Assembly (NCBI GenBank): GCA_965219685.1
Contig: CBDCOH010000002.1
Coordinates: 2,784,001 to 2,848,000 of the forward strand
Reading direction: 5' to 3'
DNA from: Candidatus Spongiisociaceae bacterium
GTDB taxonomy: Bacteria; Actinomycetota; Acidimicrobiia; Spongiisociales; Spongiisociaceae
Length of the DNA: 64,000 nt
The translations under genes and the position numbers were made by a program. Below the pieces are notes generated by a model. The model did not search any database, was not told the origin of the DNA, and worked only from the letters and a program-made list of their open reading frames with translations. Shown piece after piece: positions 10,557 to 19,705 of the stretch. Numbering within the stretch: the first letter of the stretch is position 1; each line of letters opens with the position of its first letter.

Positions 10557-10719
10557 GTGGTCTGTTTGCGAACCGGCGTCGCGACAGGCGCAGGCAGCGG
10601 CGTTCCTCGCACGGCCCGCCGACGAAGGCGTACCCGCAGCGGTACGTCGAGGAGGCGAAACGCCGCGAGGGGCGTCGATGGCAAGCATGACACGACAAGT
10701 TGGTTTGCAGACAGACCAC
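10557..10719. mobile_element. MITE/REP-like element with imperfect terminal inverted repeats
   Basis: The left end GTGGTCTGTTTGCGAACCGGC matches the reverse complement of the right end, GTGGTCTGTCTGCAAACCAAC. Internal hairpin GCGTACC...GGTACGT. Confidence 0.6.
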
Positions 10720-10731
10720 AGGAGGAAAGCC

Positions 10732-12153
10732 ATGGGAAGTGCACTCATCAAGAACGGCACCGTCGTCACCGCCACCGAGACCATGCAGGCCGACGTGCTC
10801 ATCCAGGGCACGAAGGTGGTTGCCCTGGTGTCCTCCGCCGACGTCGACCTGGGCCTGGCGGCGGATCGCACCATCGACGCATCCGGCAAGCTCGTGATAC
10901 CCGGCGGCATAGACGTACACACCCACATGGAGCTTCCTTTCGGGGGAACATTCGCCGCGGACACGTTCGAGACCGGTAGCCGCGCCGCTGCCTGGGGAGG
11001 TACCACCACGATCGTCGACTTCGCAGTGCAGACCAAGGGCGAGTCGGCTATGGAGGGCTTCGAGGCTTGGATGGCCAAGGCCGAGGGCGAGTGCGCCATC
11101 GACTACGGCTTCCACATGATCACCGGGGACATCAACGAGCAGACGCTCAAGGAGATGGACATGCTGGTCGACGAGGGGGTCACCTCGTTCAAGATGTTCA
11201 TGGCCTATCCGGGCGTCTTCTTCTCCGACGACGGCGAGATCGTGATGGCCATGCAGAAGGCCGCCGAGAACGGATCGGTGATCGCCATGCACGCCGAGAA
11301 CGGGATCGCCATCGATGTGTTCGTGAACCAGGCCTTGGCACGCGGGGAGACCGACCCTATCCATCACGGTCTGGTGCGGAAGTCGGTGCTGGAAGGTGAG
11401 GCGACCCACCGCGCCATCCGGCTGGCCGAGGTTACGGGCGCCCCGGTCTACTTCGTGCATCTCTCGGCTCTCGAAGCCCTCGAGCAGGTGACCCTGGCCC
11501 GTGACGAGGGCAGGAACGTCTTCGCGGAGACATGCCCCCAGTACCTGCTGCTGGACCTCGACAACCTCGGGAACGGGTTCGAAGGGGCCAAGTACGTGTG
11601 CTCGCCCCCCCTGCGCGACCGGGCTGCGGGCCACCAGGAACGGCTGTGGCGGGGCCTCAAGACCGACGACCTGCAGGTGGTCTCCACGGACCACTGCCCG
11701 TTCTGCATGGGTGACCACCACACCTTCGGCGTCCAGAAACAACTCGGACGGGGGAACTTCGCGGCGATCCCGAACGGGATCCCGGGAGTCGAAAACCGGA
11801 TGGAACTGATCTTCGACGCGGGTGTCTCAGATGGGCGCATCAATCCCAACCGGTTCGTCGAGATCACCTCAACCACACCCGCCAAGATGTTCGGCCTGTT
11901 CCCGAAGAAGGGGACCATCGCGGTGGGTAGCGACGCGGACATCGTGATTCTCGACCCGGACCGGACCCACACCATCTCGGTGGACACCCACCACATGGAC
12001 GTCGACTACTCGGCCTACGAGGGTCGGGAGGTCACCGGCAAAGTCGAGACGGTTCTTTCCAAGGGCAAGGTGATAATCGCCGACGAGCTTTACCACGGCC
12101 GCAAGGGCGACGGAGACTACCTCCGGCGCGGTACGACCATGCTGCTCCGCTGA
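10732..12153 (+). CDS. hydA: Dihydropyrimidinase
   Basis: PGGIDVHTHME, SFKMFMAY, HAENG and STDHCPF motifs. Confidence 0.95.
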   Translation: MGSALIKNGTVVTATETMQADVLIQGTKVVALVSSADVDLGLAADRTIDASGKLVIPGGIDVHTHMELPFGGTFAADTFETGSRAAAWGGTTTIVDFAVQTKGESAMEGFEAWMAKAEGECAIDYGFHMITGDINEQTLKEMDMLVDEGVTSFKMFMAYPGVFFSDDGEIVMAMQKAAENGSVIAMHAENGIAIDVFVNQALARGETDPIHHGLVRKSVLEGEATHRAIRLAEVTGAPVYFVHLSALEALEQVTLARDEGRNVFAETCPQYLLLDLDNLGNGFEGAKYVCSPPLRDRAAGHQERLWRGLKTDDLQVVSTDHCPFCMGDHHTFGVQKQLGRGNFAAIPNGIPGVENRMELIFDAGVSDGRINPNRFVEITSTTPAKMFGLFPKKGTIAVGSDADIVILDPDRTHTISVDTHHMDVDYSAYEGREVTGKVETVLSKGKVIIADELYHGRKGDGDYLRRGTTMLLR

Positions 12154-12241
12154 GCCGGATGCACCGGGACAACCGGCGCCGGCGGATGCGGGCGCCGGCC
12201 GAGCAGGCGACGCAACGACATCGAGAACGAGGGCGGTAGCG

Positions 12242-13735
12242 ATGAAGACCATCACCCATTGGATCAACGGCAAGTCCTGGGAGGGCGAACCGGAGCGTAC
12301 CGGTCCGGTGTTCAATCCGGCCACCGGTCGCCAAGCGGCCGAGGTCGCGTTCGCCACCGCCCACGAAGTGGACCAGGCGGTGGGCGCCGCCCGCAAGGCC
12401 TTCGAAGACTGGCGGTCGGTCTCCCTCACCCGCCGCCAGAACATCATGTTCTCCTACCGGGAGTTGATCACCCGGCACCGACTCGACATGGCCCGCGTCC
12501 TCACCGCCGAACACGGGAAGACGCTCGACGACGCTCTGGGCGAGGTCCAGCGCGGCCTCGAGGTGGTGGAGTTCGCCTGCAACATCGCCCACCTCGTCAA
12601 AGGAGAGTTCTCGGAGCAGGTGAGCAGCGCCGTCGATACCTACACGGTGCGCCAGCCGCTGGGGGTGGCCGCCGGTATCACACCGTTCAACTTCCCCGCC
12701 ATGGTGCCGATGTGGATGTTCCCGATCGCCATCGCCTGCGGGAACACCTTCGTGCTCAAACCATCCGAGAAGGATCCATCCCCGTCGTTGCTCAACGCGG
12801 AACTCCTCGCCGAAGCAGGCCTCCCCGACGGGGTGTTCAACGTGGTCCACGGCGACAAGGCGGCGGTGGACGCCATACTCGCCCACCCCGACATCGCCGC
12901 AGTCTCGTTCGTCGGCTCGACCCCGATCGCCCGCTACATATACGAGCAGGGAACCCGTCACGGCAAGCGGGTCCAAGCCCTGGGCGGGGCCAAGAACCAC
13001 ATGATCGTGCTGCCCGACGCCGACATGGACCTGGCGGCCGACGCGGCCGTGTCGGCCGGCTACGGATCTGCGGGCGAGCGCTGCATGGCCATCTCGGTGG
13101 TGGTCACGGTGGGTGACGCCGCCGACCGCCTCCTGCCCAGGGTCCGGGAACGGATCGCGGAGTTGGTGGTAGGGCCTGGGGACTCCGAAGGAGCCCAGAT
13201 GGGACCGCTGGTCACCGCCCAGCACCGCGACCGGGTGGCGGGCTACGTAGACGCCGGCGAGTCCGACGGAGCACGCCTCCTCGAGGACGGCCGCGGTTTC
13301 ACCAGCGAAGGGCACGAGGACGGGTTCTTCTTCGGACCCACGCTGTTCGACGAGGTCACACCCGACATGTCGATCTACCGGGACGAGATATTCGGGCCGG
13401 TCCTGTCGGTGGTGCGCACCGGCTCCTACCAGGAGGCCATCGACCTCGTAAACGTGAACCCCTACGGCAACGGGACCGCTGTTTTCACTAACGACGGCGG
13501 TGCGGCACGCAAGTTCCAGGCCGAGATAGAAGTGGGGATGGTCGGAATCAACGTACCGATCCCGGTACCCCTGTCGTTCTACTCCTTCGGAGGTTGGAAG
13601 GACTCGATCTTCGGTGGCCATTCCATCTACGGGCCCGAGGGGGTACATTTCTACACCCGGCCCAAGGTCGTCATAGCCAGGTGGCCGGATCCCATCCACC
13701 GGGGAGTGGACCTCGGATTCCCCCAGCACCGCTGA
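12242..13735 (+). CDS. mmsA: CoA-acylating (methyl)malonate-semialdehyde dehydrogenase
   Basis: ITPFNFPAMVPMW, GGAKNH, GERCMA and EIFGP motifs. Confidence 0.93.
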   Translation: MKTITHWINGKSWEGEPERTGPVFNPATGRQAAEVAFATAHEVDQAVGAARKAFEDWRSVSLTRRQNIMFSYRELITRHRLDMARVLTAEHGKTLDDALGEVQRGLEVVEFACNIAHLVKGEFSEQVSSAVDTYTVRQPLGVAAGITPFNFPAMVPMWMFPIAIACGNTFVLKPSEKDPSPSLLNAELLAEAGLPDGVFNVVHGDKAAVDAILAHPDIAAVSFVGSTPIARYIYEQGTRHGKRVQALGGAKNHMIVLPDADMDLAADAAVSAGYGSAGERCMAISVVVTVGDAADRLLPRVRERIAELVVGPGDSEGAQMGPLVTAQHRDRVAGYVDAGESDGARLLEDGRGFTSEGHEDGFFFGPTLFDEVTPDMSIYRDEIFGPVLSVVRTGSYQEAIDLVNVNPYGNGTAVFTNDGGAARKFQAEIEVGMVGINVPIPVPLSFYSFGGWKDSIFGGHSIYGPEGVHFYTRPKVVIARWPDPIHRGVDLGFPQHR

Positions 13736-13761
13736 CGGACCATTCGGACGGATTGGAAAGG

Positions 13762-14790
13762 ATGGCTAGCACTATGGACTTCGGCGTCGTACTCCAGACC
13801 GATCCACCTGCGTCACGCCTGGTCGAACTGACCCGTATCGCAGAGGCCAACGGATTCACCCACGCGTGGACCTTCGACTCCCACGTGCTGTGGCAGGAGC
13901 CCTTCGTCATCTACTCGAGGATGCTGGCCGAGACCGACCGCATGGTGGTAGGTCCCATGGTCACCAACCCCGGTACGCGCGATTGGACCGTGCTGGCCTC
14001 CCTGTTCGCCACCCTCAACGACATGTACGGGGACCGGACCATCTGCGGGATGGGACGCGGCGACTCGGCCCTGCGGGTTATCGGTCGCAAGCCCCGCACC
14101 CTGGCCAAGATGGTCGAGTCGATGAAGGTGATCAAGGGGCTGGTTGCGGGGGAGGAGGTCGACTACGACGGTACGCCTCTCCGGATACCCTGGATCTCGG
14201 AAGGCTGGGACCTGCCGATGTGGGCGGCGGGTTACGGACCGAAGGCGCTGGCCACGATCGGGCGGCACGCCGACGGATTCATCCTGCAGTTGGCCGACCC
14301 CCAGATCCTGGAGTGGACGGTGGGGGCGGTGCGAGCCGCGGCGGTGGATGCGGGCCGCGATCCTGGCGAGATAGCCGTGTGCGTAGTGGCGCCCGCCTAC
14401 GTGGGTGACAATATCGAGCACCAGCGGGAGCAACTCCGGTGGTTCGGAGGGATGGTCGGCAACCATGTCCACGACTTGGTGAAGCGCTACGGCTCGGACA
14501 GTCCGGAGATGGTGCCTGAGGTGCTGGCCGACTACATCGCAGCCCGGGAAGGCTACGACTACGCCCACCACGGCAAGGCCGGCAACCCTTCAACCGATTT
14601 CGTGCCCGACGCCATCGTCGACCGCTTCTGCGTGCTCGGCACAGCGCAGGATCACATCGACAAACTGCAGCAGCTCCGAGAGCTGGGCATGGACCACTTC
14701 GGGATCTACCTGATGCACGACGACCGGGAGAACACGTTGAAGGCCTACGGCGAGACTGTTGTACCTGGGTTGGTGAATGGTGAATGGTGA
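13762..14790 (+). CDS. LLM-class F420-dependent oxidoreductase (TIGR03842-like)
   Basis: DFGVVLQTDPP, TFDSHVLWQEP, GPMVTNPGTRDW and GRGDSA motifs. Confidence 0.85.
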   Translation: MASTMDFGVVLQTDPPASRLVELTRIAEANGFTHAWTFDSHVLWQEPFVIYSRMLAETDRMVVGPMVTNPGTRDWTVLASLFATLNDMYGDRTICGMGRGDSALRVIGRKPRTLAKMVESMKVIKGLVAGEEVDYDGTPLRIPWISEGWDLPMWAAGYGPKALATIGRHADGFILQLADPQILEWTVGAVRAAAVDAGRDPGEIAVCVVAPAYVGDNIEHQREQLRWFGGMVGNHVHDLVKRYGSDSPEMVPEVLADYIAAREGYDYAHHGKAGNPSTDFVPDAIVDRFCVLGTAQDHIDKLQQLRELGMDHFGIYLMHDDRENTLKAYGETVVPGLVNGEW

Positions 14791-14809
14791 ATGGTGAATG
14801 GTGAATGGT
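14771..14809 (+). repeat. Heptamer tandem repeat (TGGTGAA)x5.5 overlapping the LLM gene stop codon
   Basis: Read directly from the sequence. Confidence 0.95.
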
Positions 14810-14821
14810 AGGTCCGGCGGA

Positions 14822-14990
14822 TCATTCGAACAGGGCGGATGCGTCCCAGTCCGAATGCCCTGGCGTCACATAGTCATATAGCACCGCCCGGCACACGTCC
14901 TCGGTGCTGGTCCCGATGAGCCCGATGATGTTGTCGATCTCGTCGGCTGCGGCCTTCGATATCTTGAATCTTTGAGACCAGACCCGTTGG
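14822..14990 (-). pseudogene. Start-less ORF fragment, possibly the C-terminus of a lost gene
   Basis: Protein-like translation RVWSQRFKISKAAADEIDNIIGLIGTSTEDVCRAVLYDYVTPGHSDWDASALFE* with no upstream start. Confidence 0.3.
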
Positions 14991-15058
14991 CGGCCTTTAG
15001 CCGTCCGCCCGAACCGCCTCGCCCAACCGACTCCCGGGGAGCGTTCGGGAGGCCCTTC

Positions 15059-15481
15059 TCAGTAACCGGACTCAGCGACGGGTGAGCGACCCCCGCCGGC
15101 CACCGACCGATACTCGTCGTCGCTCACCTTGCGGCCCTCCCAGACAGTAGCCCCGCCAGTGGTATGCGACAGGTGGGTCATGGGCGAGTCGGGTAGGGCG
15201 CCATGCCAGTGGACCTCCCCCGGTGGGGAGTGGACGATGTCGCCGGTTGAGATCTCCGCGGCGGCGCCATCCTCACTCTGGACCAGTCCCGCGCCACTCG
15301 TAACATGCAACACTTGGCCGTCCGGGTGGTGGTGCCAGTCGGTTCTTGCACCCGGTGAGAAACTCACCGCCAGGACATTGAGAACCCCGTCGGTCCTTAC
15401 CGGCCCGAACAGAACCTCGCCCGTGAAGTTCCCGGCCGGAGCCTTCTCCCATCCGATCTGTCCAGGCTTCCAGTGTTCCAT
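15059..15481 (-). CDS. Cupin domain protein
   Basis: PGARTDWHHHPDGQ and GEVHWHGA motifs. Confidence 0.88.
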   Translation of the reverse strand: MEHWKPGQIGWEKAPAGNFTGEVLFGPVRTDGVLNVLAVSFSPGARTDWHHHPDGQVLHVTSGAGLVQSEDGAAAEISTGDIVHSPPGEVHWHGALPDSPMTHLSHTTGGATVWEGRKVSDDEYRSVAGGGRSPVAESGY

Positions 15482-15514
15482 GGATCCTCCCCATAGTGCT
15501 CGCCCGGTGGAACT

Positions 15515-16927
15515 CTAGGAGATCCGCTCGGCTTTCTCGTCGATGAGCCGCCAGAGTCTCTCGACATGCTCCTCACGGGTGTTGACCTGGCCGATGGACA
15601 CTCTCAGGAAGGACATCCCGTCGATGCGCGACCGCGTCAGGAAGGAATGGCCGGATCGGTTGACCTCGGTAGCCAGCGACTCGGTTGCGTCGTTGCCGGC
15701 CCGGTGCCGGAAACACACCAGCGAGAACGGAACGGGCGCTGCCAATTCGAGGCGGTCGTCCTCCTCGATCCGGGTCGCGAAGTCCCGAGCCCACGCCACA
15801 TTGGCTCTGATACGGGCCCGGATTCCCGATGCGCCGTAGTAGCGAAGCACGAACCACAGCTTCAGCGAGCGGAACCGGCGCCCCAAGGCCACGTGCCAGT
15901 CCCGGTAGTCGATCACCTGGCCGCTCTCGGAGGCCTCGTTCCGCAGGTACTCGGGCAGGATCGAGAGGGCGTGGATGAGGGGAGCGCGATCGGCCACGAA
16001 GAACAGGGATCCGTCGAAGGTCATCGGGGTCCACTTGTATGGGTTCACGGTGTAGCTGTCTGCCAGTTCGAGGCCGTCCTGGTGGTGGCGGAACTCCTCG
16101 CAGAACATGGCGTTGCCCGCGAAGGCGGCATCGACGTGGTGCCACATGCCCTCGTCACGGGCCAGTTCCCCGACCGCTCGCACCGGGTCGACAGCGGTCG
16201 TGGCGGTGGTGCCCACGGCGGAGCATGCGAACGTGGGAAACAGACCCGAGGCTCGATCATCCGCCACCGCGGTGGCCAACCGTCCGACATCCAGGGAGTA
16301 GTCGTCGTCCACATCGACCAGGCGGATGTGTTGGTAACCCGCCACCCGGGCACCCTTCTCGATCGACGAGTGCGCCTGCGTGCTGGTGTACGCAACGCAG
16401 CGGCTGATGTCGGCGCCCTGACGCTGGGCCCGGTCTCGGGCGACAACGAGGGCCACGTGAGCCGCGTCGGAGGCGGTCTGCTGCATCACCCCGCCTCCCT
16501 TCGCCGTCGTCTTCCAACCGGCGGGGAGGCCCAGCAGATCCACCATCCAGTCCATCATCACGCTCTCGAGTTCCGTGCACACCGGGCTGGTGGCCCACAG
16601 CATGCCCTGCTGGTCGAGACCCGCGGCCACCAACTCGCCGAGCATCCCGGGGCCGGACGTCGTGCACGGGAAGTAGGCAAACCATCCGGGGGAGGTCCAG
16701 TTGGTCAAACCCGGCACCACGATCCGGTCCAGGTCGGCGGCTACCGCCTCGAATTCCTCGGGTACTTCCGGAGCGCGATCGGGCAACATCCCGCGTATCC
16801 AACCCGGCCGCACCCCCGGCTGGACGGGGAGTTCTCCCACCCGCTCCATGTAGCCGGCCAGCCAATCGACCATCGCGTATCCGTGCCGGCGGAACTCCTC
16901 GGGCGTCATGTCAGGAAGGTCGGTCAT
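15515..16927 (-). CDS. Group II PLP decarboxylase (aromatic L-amino acid decarboxylase-like)
   Basis: TSPVCTELE, AHSSIEK, HVDAAFAG, NPYKW and DYRDWHVALGRRFRSLKLW motifs. Confidence 0.9.
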   Translation of the reverse strand: MTDLPDMTPEEFRRHGYAMVDWLAGYMERVGELPVQPGVRPGWIRGMLPDRAPEVPEEFEAVAADLDRIVVPGLTNWTSPGWFAYFPCTTSGPGMLGELVAAGLDQQGMLWATSPVCTELESVMMDWMVDLLGLPAGWKTTAKGGGVMQQTASDAAHVALVVARDRAQRQGADISRCVAYTSTQAHSSIEKGARVAGYQHIRLVDVDDDYSLDVGRLATAVADDRASGLFPTFACSAVGTTATTAVDPVRAVGELARDEGMWHHVDAAFAGNAMFCEEFRHHQDGLELADSYTVNPYKWTPMTFDGSLFFVADRAPLIHALSILPEYLRNEASESGQVIDYRDWHVALGRRFRSLKLWFVLRYYGASGIRARIRANVAWARDFATRIEEDDRLELAAPVPFSLVCFRHRAGNDATESLATEVNRSGHSFLTRSRIDGMSFLRVSIGQVNTREEHVERLWRLIDEKAERIS

Positions 16928-17109
16928 GATCAGACATGCAAGGGGAGACGGTCGGAAAGGTCAAGCGACCCCGCATCCTCGAGGCCTCACCGCTGCGCTG
17001 TGTGCGAGCCGGATCGTTACACGTGCACCAGGGAGCGCCGGTTGGAGGCCGATTGTCACAGCGGCATCGCAAGATGGACATCGAACCGGCCATGGCAGGA
17101 GGCCAACCG

Positions 17110-17364
17110 ATGAGCAGACAACGTAAGCTCCTCCTCCGCATTCTCAGCGGCCGCTCGGATGCAAGTATCCGCTTCAGCGATCTGCGGTATCTGTTGCGAA
17201 CCCTCGGATTCGTCGAACGCACTCGTGGAAGTCACCACATATTCGTGAGGCGAGACATCGAAGAGAGAATCATCTTGCAGCGGGATGGACCCCATGCAAA
17301 ACCGTATCAGATTAGGCAGGTTCGAAAGATGATACGAAGGAATAGAATAGGGGGCGAGGAGTGA
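17110..17364 (+). CDS. hicA: HicA family toxin
   Basis: LGFVERTRGSHHIF and AKPYQIRQV motifs; basic protein of about 84 aa. Confidence 0.88.
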   Translation: MSRQRKLLLRILSGRSDASIRFSDLRYLLRTLGFVERTRGSHHIFVRRDIEERIILQRDGPHAKPYQIRQVRKMIRRNRIGGEE

Positions 17365-17576
17365 TGAACAAGTACGGGATCATTATCTACTGGAGCAACA
17401 CCGATCAGGCATTCGTGGCCGAGGTGCCGGAACTCCCTGGATGTATGGCACACGGCGCTACACAGGAAACTGCTCTCGAGAATATAAACGAGGCAACCAG
17501 GCTGTGGATCGACACCGCGAGGGGTTTCGGAGATCCGGTGCCCGAACCTGCGGGAGAGCGGCTGGCGCCCGCCTGA
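17361..17576 (+). CDS. hicB: HicB family antitoxin (short form)
   Basis: FVAEVPELPGCMAHGAT...GDPVPEP; overlaps the hicA stop. Confidence 0.9.
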   Translation: MMNKYGIIIYWSNTDQAFVAEVPELPGCMAHGATQETALENINEATRLWIDTARGFGDPVPEPAGERLAPA

Positions 17577-17647
17577 CCCTCTCGCGGCACGTGTTGAGAC
17601 CGAACCACGCCTTCCGCCGGCAGGGTCAGATCGGGGGCAGTCCGGCG

Positions 17648-17665
17648 ACCTATACCGCTATAGGT
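17648..17665. promoter_or_regulatory. Perfect inverted repeat upstream of leuC (candidate operator)
   Basis: ACCTATA-CCGC-TATAGGT, adjacent to a -10-like TAGCAT. Confidence 0.4.
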
Positions 17666-17687
17666 GTAGCATGCCCCCGGAGGTCAG

Positions 17688-19097
17688 ATGACGAGCACGC
17701 CACGAACCCTGTTCCAGAAGGTTTGGGACGCCCATGTTGCCCACGAGGCGCCGGGCGAGCCCTCCCTGCTGTACATCGACCTGCATCTGGTCCACGAGGT
17801 GACCAGCCCCCAGGCATTCGACGGGCTGCGGATGGCCGGGAGGACGGTCAGACGACCGGACCTGACCCTGGCGACCATCGACCACGGGGTCCCTACCGCC
17901 AACCGGAGCCTCGGTATCCGCGATCCGCTCTCGAAGAAACAGATCGATGCGCTCATAGAGAACTGCGAGGAGTACGGGATAACGCTCTACGGCCTGGGCG
18001 ATCCCCGCCAGGGAATCGTCCACATCATCGGCCCCGAGCAGGGCCTCACCCAGCCGGGAATGACGATCGTCTGCGGTGACTCACATACCGCCACCCACGG
18101 CGCCTTCGGTGCTCTGGCTTTCGGGATCGGAACGTCTGAGGTCGAGCACGTGCTGGCCACCCAGACCCTCCCGCAGATCAAGCCGAAGGCGATGGCCGTG
18201 ACGGTGGAGGGGGACCTGCCGAGAGGCGTCACGGCCAAGGACATCATCCTGGCGATCATCGCCCGGATCGGCGTAGCCGGCGGCGTCGGACATGTCATCG
18301 AGTACCGGGGCTCGACCATCCGGTCGCTGTCGATGGCGGGCCGGATGACCATCTGCAACATGTCGATCGAAGGAGGCGCACGCGCCGGGATGGTGGCTCC
18401 CGACGACACGACCTACTCCTACATCGAAGGCCGGCCGTACGCTCCCAAGGATTGGGAGGAGGCCTTGGACCACTGGCGGACCCTCCCGGGCGACCCGGGG
18501 GCGACCTTCGACGCCGAGGTGGAGATCGACGCCGGCTCCCTCGAACCCCACGTCTCGTGGGGGACCAATCCCGCCCAGACAGCGCCGGTGAGCGCCCGTG
18601 TGCCCCACCCCGACGACTACGACGACCCGCTCGACCAGGAAGGATGCCGGCGCGCGCTCGAGTACATGGACCTCAGCGCAGGGATTCCGATCACCGACAT
18701 CCGTCTCGACCGGGTGTTCCTCGGGTCGTGTACAAACGCCCGGATCGAGGACCTCCGGGCCGCGGCGGCCGTTGTGGAGGGCCGCAGGGTGGCCGAGCGG
18801 GTGGAGGCGATGGTGGTGCCGGGATCGGGCCTCGTGAAGCTACAAGCCGAGGAGGAAGGCCTCGACCGCGTTTTCAAGGGAGCCGGTTTCGAATGGCGGG
18901 ACGCCGGCTGCTCCATGTGCCTGGGGATGAACGACGACATCCTTGCGCCCGGCCAGCGGTGCGCGTCGACGTCGAACCGCAACTTCGAGGGGAGGCAGGG
19001 GCGCGGAGGTCGCACCCATCTGGTCAGTCCCGAGATGGCTGCCGCAGCGGCGGTCACCGGCCACTTCGTCGACGTCCGTTCGTGGGACCGCCGATGA
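17688..19097 (+). CDS. leuC: 3-isopropylmalate dehydratase large subunit
   Basis: [27 protein letters not shown] and [12 protein letters not shown] motifs. Confidence 0.97.
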   Translation: MTSTPRTLFQKVWDAHVAHEAPGEPSLLYIDLHLVHEVTSPQAFDGLRMAGRTVRRPDLTLATIDHGVPTANRSLGIRDPLSKKQIDALIENCEEYGITLYGLGDPRQGIVHIIGPEQGLTQPGMTIVCGDSHTATHGAFGALAFGIGTSEVEHVLATQTLPQIKPKAMAVTVEGDLPRGVTAKDIILAIIARIGVAGGVGHVIEYRGSTIRSLSMAGRMTICNMSIEGGARAGMVAPDDTTYSYIEGRPYAPKDWEEALDHWRTLPGDPGATFDAEVEIDAGSLEPHVSWGTNPAQTAPVSARVPHPDDYDDPLDQEGCRRALEYMDLSAGIPITDIRLDRVFLGSCTNARIEDLRAAAAVVEGRRVAERVEAMVVPGSGLVKLQAEEEGLDRVFKGAGFEWRDAGCSMCLGMNDDILAPGQRCASTSNRNFEGRQGRGGRTHLVSPEMAAAAAVTGHFVDVRSWDRR

Positions 19098-19699
19098 AGC
19101 CGGTCAGCACCATCAGCGGGTCCATGGCGCCCCTTCCTCGCAGCAACGTCGACACGGACCAGATCATGCCGAAGCAGTTCCTCAAGCGGGTCGAGCGCAG
19201 CGGCTACGGGCAGTTCCTCTTCTACGACTGGGCCAGGACTGCCGGCGGTGACCTCGACCCTGACTTCGTCCTCAACCGGCCCGGGCACCGCGACGCGAAG
19301 GTGCTGGTGAGCGGGCCCAACTTCGGTTCCGGGTCATCGCGCGAGCACGCTCCCTGGGGCATCCAGGACTGGGGTTTCGAAGCGGTGATAGCACCATCGT
19401 TCGCCGACATCTTCTACAACAACTGCACCAAGATCGGCCTACTCCCCGTCAGGCTCCCCGAGCGCGATGTGAACGAGTTGATAGCGCTCGCCACCACCGA
19501 CCCGGCGGCGGTGGTGACCGTCGACCTCGCCGCGCAGACCGTCGAGACCGGGGAGCTCCGCTCGAGTTTCGAGATCGACCCCTTCACGAAGAACCGCCTG
19601 CTCGAGGGCTTGGACGACATCGGCCTGACGCTCCGGAACACCGGCGCGATAGAGTCCTTCGAGGCCCTCCGTCCTGCTCGCCTCCCGAGTCTCAGCTGA
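19094..19699 (+). CDS. leuD: 3-isopropylmalate dehydratase small subunit
   Basis: NVDTDQI and [13 protein letters not shown] motifs. Confidence 0.96.
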   Translation: MKPVSTISGSMAPLPRSNVDTDQIMPKQFLKRVERSGYGQFLFYDWARTAGGDLDPDFVLNRPGHRDAKVLVSGPNFGSGSSREHAPWGIQDWGFEAVIAPSFADIFYNNCTKIGLLPVRLPERDVNELIALATTDPAAVVTVDLAAQTVETGELRSSFEIDPFTKNRLLEGLDDIGLTLRNTGAIESFEALRPARLPSLS

Positions 19700-19705
19700 G
19701 TCGGC

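Noticed and set aside
9502-13729. Very long minus-strand ORFs (746 aa and 565 aa) and similar shadow ORFs elsewhere
   Set aside because: Antisense shadows of high-GC genes with clear + strand homologues.
14822-15061. Sec readthrough of the cupin TGA into the in-frame downstream fragment
   Set aside because: The cupin domain is already complete, there is no Cys-motif context, and no SECIS-like hairpin is evident.
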